32,000 nt of DNA from Wallemia ichthyophaga EXF-994 (Eukaryota; Fungi; Basidiomycota), in contig NW_008806284.1 in the NCBI RefSeq assembly GCF_000400465.1, positions 1-32,000 on the forward strand, written 5' to 3'. Shown in pieces: positions 13,099 through 24,213 of this stretch (its first letter is position 1; each line of letters opens with the position of its first letter). Under the pieces are notes generated by a model. That model made no database searches. It saw only the letters and a list, made by a program, of their open reading frames with translations, and was not told the DNA's origin. Made by a program: the position numbers and the translations under genes.

Positions 13099-13525
13099 AT
13101 GGGATACGAACCAGGTAAAGCTGAAAAGGGGTTAGTGGTGGCTGTGATTTGATTAACCTTTCTAACATACCTACCCATACAGTGCAGGTCTTTTCAAGAC
13201 TAGGTAAGCTTGGACTTGTCGTTCGCCACTGAGCACCACTAACGGAGACAGATGCGCTCAATGTCACAACGTCGGCGCAGGTGAAGGCCACAAGGTTGGT
13301 CCAAACCTTCACGGTCTTTTCGGTCGCAAAACAGGCCAAGCGGAAGGATTCAGCTACACGGAAGCCAACGTAAAGAAGGGCATCACATGGGATGAGAACA
13401 CTTTGTTCGATTACCTTGAAAACCCAAAGAAGTACATTCCTGGAACTAAGATGGCCTTCGCTGGTCTTAAGAAGCCAAAGGACCGTAACGACATCATCAC
13501 TTTCCTTAAGGATGCAACCAAGTAA
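13099..13525 (+). CDS. CYC1: Cytochrome c
   Basis: [25 protein letters not shown] (CxxCH), [16 protein letters not shown] and [14 protein letters not shown]; two introns flank a ~21-nt exon. Confidence 0.98.
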
Positions 13526-14164
13526 AACTAAAACACCTTGTATAGAATATAATTTGGCAGATAAAAGATAAAAATATGAACTCACCTCTCTATTCCATTT
13601 TGTCGTAATTAGTGTGGCTCACCCAATGAACCAATCAGAATTGATACTTAGTAAAGTGTTATTTTCTGTCTAGTTGAAAGATTGGAATTAGTTTATAATA
13701 AGACTGGCTAAACAACCTCTTGCAAACCTTCTGTCTTGTTATTCCGTTGCGTTTAACAAAGTGAAAATTCTTCAGATTTGTGGAAATTGTGATATCACGG
13801 AAGAATTTCAGGCTAACGATATATTCAGGTAAGATCAAATTGCTTAAGCGTGTAACGTTGCCAATTTAAAGTTGAGAAAGTTTTTTAAAAGTATCACCGA
13901 ACATAGCCATACTTTTGCACAGAATCGCTGCCATCTCGCTCATAGTGGTTTGTTGAGTTTAGAGCCTTTGCAATATACTATTTTACCAACTCGCGATGCG
14001 AGATAACGCTGTTGTTGACTGGATGTAACACACAACACGCTACTCGTAAATTATCAATAAAGTCATTAATGCGAGTAAATTAAACTTCACTTGCGTCCAA
14101 ATAAGCCTAGCCATCTTTTCGGATAAAAAGGGAACCAAATTACATCGCTTAGTTACGGCAAATG

Positions 14165-14179
14165 TATATATATATATAT
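14165..14179. repeat. (TA)7 microsatellite
   Basis: tatatatatatatat seen directly. Confidence 0.9.
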
Positions 14180-14720
14180 GTCTAGCGATAGCTGCTTAGG
14201 CTATGTTAGATGTATATCGATTACCCGCTGCATACGCTGCTTAAGCTCTGTCGCCTATCTCATCTAAAGATAAATGCCACTCCATTTACATCTTTGACAC
14301 GTGCAGTCAACAAATAGATGCTGACATATAGATTTTTTAGTCACTATGGATCCCTGTATATTAGCCAAGTATCCCCACAATCCTACATCCTCGCAAATTA
14401 CAAGCCAAGAAAATCCAGGAACTGCTCTCGGACAGTCGTGCTACTCCGAATATTCCAACACAAAGCTGCATTCTTACTCCGAGGAGATTTGTATCATTTG
14501 GTATTCCAATTCAGTGAGGGTTGTGATGCGTGTATATTTGATGTACAGCTGATGAGACCCTGAGTAATCCAGTATACGATTTAAACTGAAATTAATTTGT
14601 AAACTTCCCACCTACCAACACGCCGATTCACACAACTTCAAAATTGACTCAAATCACCGGAATATCTCAGCGCAGCACAGAATCGCTTATAAGTCGTACC
14701 TCCATCATCAAAGCGTTATT

Positions 14721-16458
14721 ATGAACAGAAACGCGCGGAGGAAGGCAAGAAGCTTGGATTCTAATTTTGATTACGATGACAACGACTTCAAACTGCGCAG
14801 ATCCTGGCTAGATAGACTGTCTTCCCAGAGGTACTTTCCAAAATCCAGACACAACGTCGCGTATGCTTTGATAGCGCTGTTGTGGGTGATTGCTTTAATA
14901 TAATTGTTTCCTTTCTAACCTTCCTCACAGCCTCTTTGCCTTCAGCTTAACCAAGTTTCTTATGTGGTATCTTAATCCGGACAAAGAACCACTGCCTTGG
15001 CGATCCTACTGCCAGGAATCATCTCCATTCCCTCATCAACTCGCAGACAGTCTCCCTCCCGTTACCATCCTTGTTGGCGTTATGTCCATCGATAGATACG
15101 CTGAACGGAGGAACGTTATTAGACAGACTTACGCCCGGAATGCTTCTCCTAGAGATAGCAGGCATATTCAAGTCGTATTCGTTATTACAAATCCTAGATC
15201 TTCACTTAGACACGCTGTATACCTTGAACAAGAAACCTTCGGCGATCTCGTTATCCTCGACGTGAAAGAGAATATGAATTCGGGGAAATCTTACGAATTC
15301 TTTAATTGGGCTTCTAAATATGCTTGGTTGCCTGATCCTGCTACTCTTCCCACGCACCTCATTAGCTTCCCTTCTGCATACAACAATCCACATGAGAACA
15401 TGCTCAATGACCTTCATCGCATTAATGATAAGGATTTGGAGAAAGAATTGTTTGGTTTTGATCGTACGGTCAAGGATCCTTTCATTACTAATGATGATGC
15501 TGCTGCTCAACACGCCGCTGTGGATTTAACTGTTACCCACCCTAATGCCCCACAAAACTCTAACCTAGAATACAAAAGACCTGACTTTATTGTTAAAGCA
15601 GACGACGACAGTTTTATCATTCTCGGCGAATTAGAAAGACATCTTCGCATTTTACCAAAATCGTTGATTTATTGGGGTTATCTCGTTAAAAATAAATTCA
15701 TGGGAGGTCAAGCATACGCTCTTTCGTTCGATATAGTTAAATGGATGGCAAACTCAGAGTTCGTCAGGAATCATAGAAATGGTAGAGAGGATAAGGTGAC
15801 AGCAAATTGGGTGAGGCATCATCCACAGGCTCATGATATTCAATGGGTCAGTGAAAGCTGTTGGATATACAACCACCCAAAAACCCACACAGTTTACAGT
15901 CATGGCTTTTTGTTCCCAAGTGAAGTGACAAAAATTAGACAAGAAAGCATACCTGGTACTATCGGTGAAGAGGAGCAGATAAGGCGCGGTCAGGGAAATA
16001 AAAATCACTCTGAAGCTTACTCTACAGTGTTTAAATGGGGTCAGAAGTATGCTGAGCCTCTAAATCATCTCAGTGCAGTGGATAGAGTGGCTGCATTGGT
16101 TGAAGGTGCAGATGAGAGTTTGAGTAAAGATGAAAAAAAGTTTGGTATACTTGGATCTCCTCGTCAAACGTTAAGTGAACGGTATGAGGGTAGACCATGG
16201 GGTGGGACGGTGATAGTACACTTTATAAAACGCCACGAATGGTTCTACGAAACAGCACTTGCATTTCTAACAGACTGGTCACTAATACCCAAGACAACAC
16301 CGATCGCATCCAAAAACTACTGGACCAAGACAATAGCGCTCAACAAAGATGACGATTTTGATAGACAGAGAGGTTGGAGACTGGTTGATAGCACAGACGT
16401 TAAGAGCGTGGATATATATCGATTCAAAACAACAGTCGATCCCTTTCCGACGAGTTGA
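14721..16458 (+). CDS. Glycosyltransferase family 31 (beta-1,3-galactosyltransferase-like), type II membrane protein
   Basis: Short N-terminal exon plus a TM segment across one GTGGGT...CAG intron; ILVGVMS, RRNVIR, ENMNSGKSYEFF, FIVKADDDSF, MGGQAYALS and EDKVT motifs. Confidence 0.85.
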
Positions 16459-16639
16459 AAACTTTCATCGTAACATTGTAACAAGGAGAATACCCAAACT
16501 ATACAATCAGCACAAATGTAATAATAAATTAAGTTTTGCGTTAAAAATGAGTAATTTTGAGTAATTTTGTCAAAGTGCTCAGCTTACGCGTCATCGAGTA
16601 AGGGAGCGAAGCGTCAGCTTAAGTTGATTATCAACAATC

Positions 16640-19600
16640 ATGACAACGTTAACGACGGCAGCGGGAATATTATCATTATTAGATGAGGAGGATGTAATTA
16701 TAAGGAGCCAGGCATTAGAATCTTTAATTGGAGTCGTGGACCAATTTTGGGCCGAAATATCTGACTACGTTGGGAAGATGTGAGTTTTGGTGCATGGCGA
16801 GAAGTGTAGGATACTGATACGTGCTATATCAGAGAATCGCTAAGTGAAGATAAAGATTTTGGTGAAGATTCAAAGAAGTTGGCTGCGTTGATTGCATCAA
16901 AAGTTTATTACCACTTGGGCGCTATAGACGACGCACTCAGTTTGGCATTGAGCGCAGGCGATGCGTTTGACGTAACACAGAGCTCAGAATATGTAGAAAC
17001 ACTGATATCCAAGTCGATCGACACGTACATCCACCAACGCCAGCATAATCAAGCTGTTGATAATAGATTGGAATCTATTGTGGATAGAATGTTTTCCAAG
17101 TGTATTTCTGAAAAGGAGTACAAGCAGTCAGCTGGTATCGCTTTGGATAGCTTAAGATATGACGTTGTTGAGAAAGTATTCAATCTATCAAAAGACGTGA
17201 ATATTTTGAGATACGTGATGGAAGCTACATCCGATGTCGTTGTGTCTTTAGAACAACGCCAATTCGTCTTCAAATTACTCGTCAAACTTTTCAATTCAAG
17301 TATACTACCATCACCTGATTATTTCTCCATTACTCAATGTCACTTACTACTCAACGATGGTAAGCTTGCAGGCGAACTGCTCGATCAACTCATCCAAAGT
17401 GGCGTTAATGACAAAGTTCTCATTGCGTATCAGATTGCTTTCGATTTGGTCGATACAGCTTCACAAGATTTCTTGAGCCATGTAACTGCTGTTGTTAGCG
17501 AGAGAGAGGGTGAGACTTACGACAAGTTGAAAGAGATTCTCAGTGGCACTCTTTCAATCAGACTCAACTTGGAATTCCTCCATCGCAATAATAAAGCAGA
17601 CCCACTCGTTCTCAAGAACACAAAGGAAAGCTTGGATGGTAAATTTTCGCTATACCACAACGCAGTATCGTTCGCAAATGCATTCATGCATGCTGGTACG
17701 ACAGATGACACGTGGTTGAGAGATAATTTGGAATGGCTAGGCAAAGCTAACAACTGGTCAAAATTCACAGCTACGGCTTCACTTGGTGTAATTCATAAAG
17801 GCAACCTCAACCAGTCTGTTCAACTACTCGAACCTTACTTACCTGGAGCCACATCGCACGCATCTGAGTACTCAGAGGGTGGCTCTCTCTACGCTCTAGG
17901 ATTGATTCACGCCAACAACGGTGGTCGCGCTCTAGACTTCCTCAAAGACCACTTGAAGCGCGTTGGCGCAACCGAAGTCGTCCAGCACGGTGCTGCTCTT
18001 GGATTAGGTATTGCAGGTATCGGCACCAAAAATGACGAGCTCTACACGGACCTTCGCAACATTCTCTTTAGTGATTCTGCCATAGCCGGTGAGAGCGCTG
18101 GTTACGCAATGGGTTTGATAATGCTTGGTACTGGAAACGAGAGCGCTTATGAAGAGATGCTCCAGTATGCGCATGAAACACAGCATGAGAAAATCATCAG
18201 AGGTTTGGCGCTGGGTATTGCTTTCCTCATGTATGGACGTGAGTCGCAAGCCGACAAGGTGATTGAGACGCTCTTGAATGATAAGGTGGGTGTTTGTGTA
18301 GTAGCTCGAAGTAAGCTGACATACATCCAACTAGGACTGGATACTGAGATATGGTGGTGTATACACGATAGGTCTCGCATACGCAGGTACTGGTAACAAC
18401 AAGGCCATCAAGGATCTTCTCCACGTGGCTGTTTCAGATGTCAATGATGATGTGAGGAGAGTGGCTGTCATAGCACTCGGTTTCATACTTTATCGCAATC
18501 CGAGCCAAGTACCTCGACTTGTTCAGCTGCTGTCTGAATCGTACAATCCACACGTCAGATGTGGAGCTGCGATGGCACTCGGTATAGCCTGTGCAGGAAC
18601 AGCATTGGAGGTGAGTATGATTTGTATTGGATCAGTGTAAAAGCTAACTGATAGAAAAGGATGCCATTGAACTTCTCGAACCACTATCGAAAGACCCAAT
18701 CGACTTTGTGCGCCAGTATGCTTATATTGCATTAGCATTGGTGTTGATCCAATCGAACGAAACCAACGCACCAAAATCGAAATCAGTGCGTGAGCAACTG
18801 AAAAACACTGTCAACGACAGACACGATGAGTCGATGGCCAAATTTGGTGCAGCAATAGCGCAAGGATTGATCGATGCTGGTGGACGCAACGCCACTATCA
18901 GTATGCAAAGTAAGAATGGATCTACTAACATGTCTGCGCTCGTCGGTATGGTGCTCTTTACTCAATTCTGGTTCTGGTTCCCATTGGTACATTGCATTTC
19001 TCTCTCTTTCACTCCAACGTCTCTGATTGGATTGGATGAACATCTTAAGATCCCTAAGCTTGATTTCGTGTCGAATGCCAAACCATCGACGTTCGATTAC
19101 ACACCACTACTCAAACCGCCTACTAAGGAGACAGCCGAGAGAGTGAAGACTGCCGTGCTTTCCACTACGGCGCGCGCACAGGCCCGTCAAACTAAAGCGA
19201 AGAAGGAGAAGGAGGGTGCAGATGTAGAGATGGAGGAGGAGAAGGACGATGAAAAGGAGGAGAAGGAGGAGAACAAAGAAGAAGTGAAGGAACCTGAGCC
19301 TGAGTTTGAGGTTAAGGGTAATCTCACTAGAGTCACTCCAAATCAAGTACCATTCATCGTATTTTCGAAGGACGGCAGATATACGCCAGTGAGGAGCGTA
19401 TCGAGTGTGCCTGCTTCAACCAAGGTGCATAAGGAGGGTGAATTAGGTGAATCAGGATCATCTACGCCTGTTTCTATCAACAGGAGAACCCGCAGACCAA
19501 CAATCGCATCCATCTACTCTTCTACACCGGCATCGGCAGGCGGAGCAGGTATACTAATCCTCAAAGATCACAAAGCAGGTGAGGAGGTTGAGTATATCAC

Positions 19601-19733
19601 TCTCGAAGCAGGTGAGGGTAATGGTGGTGTGCAACAGCAGCAGCACAATCAGCAATCTAATGAGGGAGTTGACGATGGTGAGGAGATTGATAACCCACCA
19701 CCGCCATTCGAGTACAATTTTGAAAGTAGATAG
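16640..19733 (+). CDS. RPN2: 26S proteasome regulatory subunit Rpn2
   Basis: N-terminus [35 protein letters not shown] repeats ([17 protein letters not shown]), ILRYGG and an acidic C-terminus; three introns. Confidence 0.97.
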
Positions 19734-19817
19734 GTGTGCAAGGTGTATGTAAATTGACTGATTTGATTTAAAAAAAATTAATATCCAAGAGATGCATAAT
19801 ATCTTTACATAACATCT

Positions 19818-20927
19818 TTACATCAGATGATGTTTGTTAATCTCCTCATAACTCCATTCTAAAGGCTCTTTCTGTTGGTTTGTTTGGCTTATTTGGTTGA
19901 GGAAATCAGCCACACTATTCCAATAATCGGGACTGATGCAGGTGTCGTTGTGCGTACCATGGGGAAATGATTTCCACGTGCAGATTGACGACAGTTTCTC
20001 ATCTCTATCCTCCTTGACTGTACGATAGAGAGACTCCATATGAGACACTGGTACAATTTCGTCCTGTCTACCTGAAAGGAAGAGTGTATGTACACTTTTT
20101 CCAATTTTCTTTATAGATTCGCCGCTATTCCATTTTTCAGTGCATAAGAAAGTGAAAGGGGTGAGGAGGGGAATGATAGAGGGAATGAGTTGGGGTATAC
20201 TAGTAAAAGTGTTTTCTAAAATCAGCGCGTGAATAGAATCTGGATAATCTTTAGCCAAATCTATGCACACAGCTCCACCAATTGACTGTCCATAGAGAAT
20301 TACGTTGGTTGATGACGTTAATGGATGTTGCTGGATGAATTTGAGAGCAGCTCTGGCATCAATACGTATACCAGCTTCAGAAGGCACACCTTCACTCTTT
20401 CCATAACCTCTGTAGCTAACCATCAAAACATTTGTGTTTAAATTTTTGTAGAAGACTTGGGCGAGTGGAAGGCGATGGCCCTGGTGAGTTTGAGTGTGAG
20501 TGTGTGATTGTTTTAACTTAAAACTCACCATATTACCCGCGTTGGCATGGAAGATTATCACAGTTGGTCGTGAACGTGATGTTTGTGATGAGGGGTGTGT
20601 TATCAGATAGGCTTTTATCTTATAAGCACCTGATTGCAGTGTTATGTCTTGGTAAGGCATATCGAACCTAGCGAAAGCGGAGGGCGTTGAGCAGTGAACA
20701 TTTCTACGCATGCGACACTTACTCATTTGGAGTCATAACGACACTGCGAGAATCAGCAGGCATGTTGGCTGGATAGATTAAGCTTGTTTGATAGATATAG
20801 AGGAGAATGGCAGTGCCGCTAATGAGGACTGCTGATACTCCAATAAGGCCCTTGAGGGGAGTGAGATGGTGTGTGTGTCATGTAGCCAAGCAACCTTAGT
20901 GCACTGCGCTATAACCGATAGAGCCAT
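19818..20927 (-). CDS. BEM46: Bem46/ABHD13-family alpha/beta hydrolase with N-terminal membrane anchor
   Basis: LLYIYQTSLIYP, FHANAGNMGHRL, SYRGYGKSEGVPSEAGI, YGQSIGG nucleophile elbow, LILENTF, DEIVP and HNDT; exon 1 20927-20895, three introns. Confidence 0.88.
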
Positions 20928-20939
20928 GACGGTAGCTGA

Positions 20940-21619
20940 TCAAGGGGCGTATATGAATATCTCGGCTATTTGAAGAGTGGGGGAATTTGCGGGTGGAGTT
21001 GGAGGTGCTTCCGCGTACAAATGACTCGAAATAGTTGAATTGCTCTCGACTACGTCACAGAAGAGATGATCCAAGTCGTCATCGTCGTCATCGTCCTTGT
21101 GGATGTTATCGAGGATAGAATGAAGTGCTTGTTGATTGGTGTGCTGCTCCTCCACCGATAGCGGCTCACTCGGAGAAATTCCATCGTTAATCGATTTCTT
21201 TGTTCGTTTGTGTGGTTTCCGGTGGATTACTTGGAGAGGCGTTACGTTAAGAATACGCTGTATACACATTGAGAGCCCCAATTCCTTTGTCATGTACTTG
21301 AGGCACTCAAAGCTATCCTCTAGCGCTGCGTCATCCAATCCAATCAAATGACCATCGTCCAGAACGCCAATCTGGTACAAACAGCGACCGCGACCCTGCA
21401 ACAGTCTGAACTTCATCTGAGTCATGTACCTGTCCAAACGATCCTTTGTCGTGTTTAGTGTGAGTTTCAGCTGTGGCGGGTGGGTGAGTTGATTGTTCGC
21501 AGTGCAATTCAACACACTTTATACTCAACAAAGCCAACGTCACTCTCTTCAACTATCTTTCTAGTTGGTACTGTATCACTTTGAAGCCACTCCCAAATCG
21601 TTATCCCCGTCGACGTCAT
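20940..21619 (-). CDS. Stand-alone GTPBP1/GTPBP2 N-terminal-domain protein (~210 aa, no GTPase domain)
   Basis: Exon 21619-21518, intron 21517-21471 and exon 21470-20940 give EESDVGFVEYKLKL...DRLDRYMTQMKFRLLQGRGRCLYQIGVLDDGHLIGL, matching the GTPBP1/2 N-terminus from memory; no P-loop follows. Confidence 0.75.
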
Positions 21620-21675
21620 TATGCAACCAATTTTCACCAACAAATTTTATCAATTTATTGTTACAATGAATCAAT

Positions 21676-22048
21676 CTAATCGAAGAGACCGAGACCCATG
21701 TCGTCGTCAGACTCTTCCTTAGGCTCTTCCTGTACATATAGGTGGTTAGCGAAAATCTTCCAAGGAATCGTATCAACGAACCTTCTTTGGTGCTTCCTCA
21801 GCGGCGGCTGGAGCGGCACCTGCAGCAGGAGCAGCAGCAGCAGAAGCAGATGGAACAGAAGCGAGCTTCTCGGTACCTTGAGCGATCAACTCCTCGATGT
21901 TCTTGCCGTTAACCTCCTCGATGAGCTTGTTGAGGCGGCTGTCATCAGCTTCGATACCGACAGTTGAGAGGAGCTTCTTGACGTCCTCAGCTGATGGGGA
22001 GGTGTTTCCACCGACGGTGAGCAAAAGGTAGGCAGCGACGAGCTTCAT
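21676..22048 (-). CDS. RPP2: 60S acidic ribosomal protein P2
   Basis: [24 protein letters not shown], Ala-rich hinge, and C-terminus [13 protein letters not shown] after one intron. Confidence 0.97.
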
Positions 22049-22344
22049 CTGGGAATGTGTGAGTGGTGTACATCATTACTTAAATCTCGCTCACTGTAAC
22101 GACTTAAACTGTTTAAAGGGTGAACCTGGTCCAAGTCTTGAAAGGAGAAGACGCTCAGAGTTTGCCTATTTGCAGTCTGAAGATTTTAAAAAATAACGAA
22201 AATCTAAAAATATTGTAAAATATATTATTATTATATACTCGTTAATTCTAACACACACTCCCCCACGCCCTCACCAAATTTTGTAATTTTCTCTGCTCAT
22301 TCACTCAACTCATAATTTTTCGAATCCCTTGTTGAGAAACAGTG
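22049..22344. promoter_or_regulatory. Bidirectional promoter region shared by RPP2 and RPS15
   Basis: Lies between divergent ATGs; very AT-rich core at ~22185-22250; probable 5'UTR intron GTGAGC...CCCAG ending immediately before the RPP2 ATG. Confidence 0.65.
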
Positions 22345-22866
22345 ATGGCTCCTGAGTTTGACGGTACAACAAGCGCCGCTGAGGCTGCTGAGCTCAAGAA
22401 GCGCCGTACGTTCCGCAAGTTTCAATACCGCGGTGTTGAACTTGAACAACTTCTCGACTTGAAGAATGAGGAGGTTAGTTGAATGGTGTGTTTATAGGGC
22501 ATTTGCTAACATGTCATTCAAAAGTTCATGGACCTCGTTCACGCCCGCGCTCGTAGACGTTTCCAACGTGGTCTTAAGCGTGGTCCTCTCGGTCTCATCA
22601 AGAAGCTTCGTAAGGCTAAGAAGGAGACTCCTCCAAATGAGAAGCCTGCCGTCGTTAAGACCCACCTCCGTGATATGCTCGTCGTCCCTGAAATGATTGG
22701 CTCCCAAGTCGCCATTTACAACGGTAAAGTTTTCAACACTGTCGAAATCAAGCCTGAAATGGTTGCTCACTACTTGGGTGAATTCTCCATCTCCTACAAG
22801 CCTGTCAGACACGGTCGTCCAGGTATCGGTGCCACTAACTCTTCACGTTTCGTTCCACTCAAGTAG
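22345..22866 (+). CDS. RPS15: 40S ribosomal protein S15 (uS19)
   Basis: [16 protein letters not shown], one intron, then [17 protein letters not shown] and [18 protein letters not shown]. Confidence 0.98.
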
Positions 22867-22937
22867 GTGCGGTATGGGTGTACAAGTGTTTCAAATAGCA
22901 TGCATTTCATTCTAGTACTGGCTTCATAATTTATCGT

Positions 22938-24091
22938 CTAATCAAATGGTATGCGACGTATCGAGTTGTTGGGTTTGCTACTCGCCGCTGCCGCTTCTCC
23001 GAATGCTGATGGCACGGGTATTCCACAACAGTCACTTCCAAATCCTCCATGATGTTGTGTGCGATCGACTGTTCCTGCTTTTTGTGTGTGTGTATGTGTA
23101 TGTCCACATCCGTCTACCTCCTCTGCATGCACCGGAACACCTTCAGGTGCCTGCAAAATACTTCCAAACATAAAATGCTGCACAATTGGCAACTTGCTCA
23201 ACACTTCTGCTCTAAACATTTTGAACATTCCCTCATTTACCTTTTTCCATGTTTTAACTGCGCTGATATCGTCCAACATGGGCGAATGCCATCTCAAAGA
23301 AGCCGTTTTGATAGAGTTGATGAATTTAATACAGCTGAGATACATATACTCATCTGCCATTTCGAACATAACTTCCGGATCGTGTATGCTCTTTGGACGT
23401 AGGTATTTGTGCGCACTGAGCTGACCAGCACCCCAGAGGAAAGGGAGGAAATGGTAATCATCTAACCCCCAAACACCATGACTGCCAGCTGGTTCTAACC
23501 AGAATGTTGATTGCAGTTTGCGCATGATTGTGATATATCTCCAAAACACTCTAAGTACCAAAGCAGCCTCATCGCCAGGACCGAAGACACCTAAACGATC
23601 CAAGCAGATAAGCCAGCATATAAAGTTGAGCTCCATACCACTGCCATAGTCGATGCGCTGTCTATTACCCCAAGATTCATTGAAATAGGTGGAGACTTCT
23701 GGTATAGCCTCGCTGGGTATATCTAAAGCTTTGTGCAGCGATGGACTGGCCTGTAAATGGGTGTCATAAGAGGCATAAACCACGCTAGTAATCCACCCAC
23801 CTCCACTACTCTATCGAGAAAATCACGGAATCCAGGATTACCGAAGCGTGACTGCTTGTTGTCGATAGGCGGGGACTGTTCTGTGATAGCATCCACTCTA
23901 TCCAGCACACTGAGCACTTTGTACACTCCAGCAGATATGTGCACCTCATCAGTCAGCTTCACGTCGACCACAGCCCCGTTGAGTCTGTCAATGTACTCGA
24001 GCAGGGCGTTGAATGTATCGCTTTGCTTGAATAGCTCGAGGTGCTCATCCAATACGATTCTCTTGGTTGGCTCGGTGTATTTGTATGTCAT
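22938..24091 (-). CDS. RRD2: PP2A phosphatase activator (PTPA), Rrd2/Ypa2 type
   Basis: SRFGNPGFR, WGNRQRIDYGSGMELNF, LEPAGSHGVWGLDDYHFLPF and LRWHSPMLDDIS; one intron. Confidence 0.92.
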
Positions 24092-24213
24092 GGATGTTTG
24101 TGATTACGAGTTACAGTTGGGAATGAAAATTATGGTGAAAATTCAATCATCTTCCAAATAACTTAGTTTTCTATTACATGAGTCTTGCTTTTCTAACTAG
24201 CCAGTTTAACCCT

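Noticed and set aside
13073-13585. 170-aa antisense ORF across cytochrome c
   Set aside because: GTG start, runs through CYC1 introns, typical shadow of biased codon usage.
14318-14563. 81-aa and 68-aa ORFs as genes
   Set aside because: No recognisable motif or splice support; kept only as part of the unexplained gap.
19195-19310. GAG/AAG-rich repetitive tract
   Set aside because: Encodes the usual Lys/Glu-rich linker of Rpn2; not a separate repeat element.
23620-23670. GSGMELNF instead of GSGHELNF in RRD2
   Set aside because: I recall this variant in other basidiomycete Rrd2 proteins, so probably not novel (not verified).
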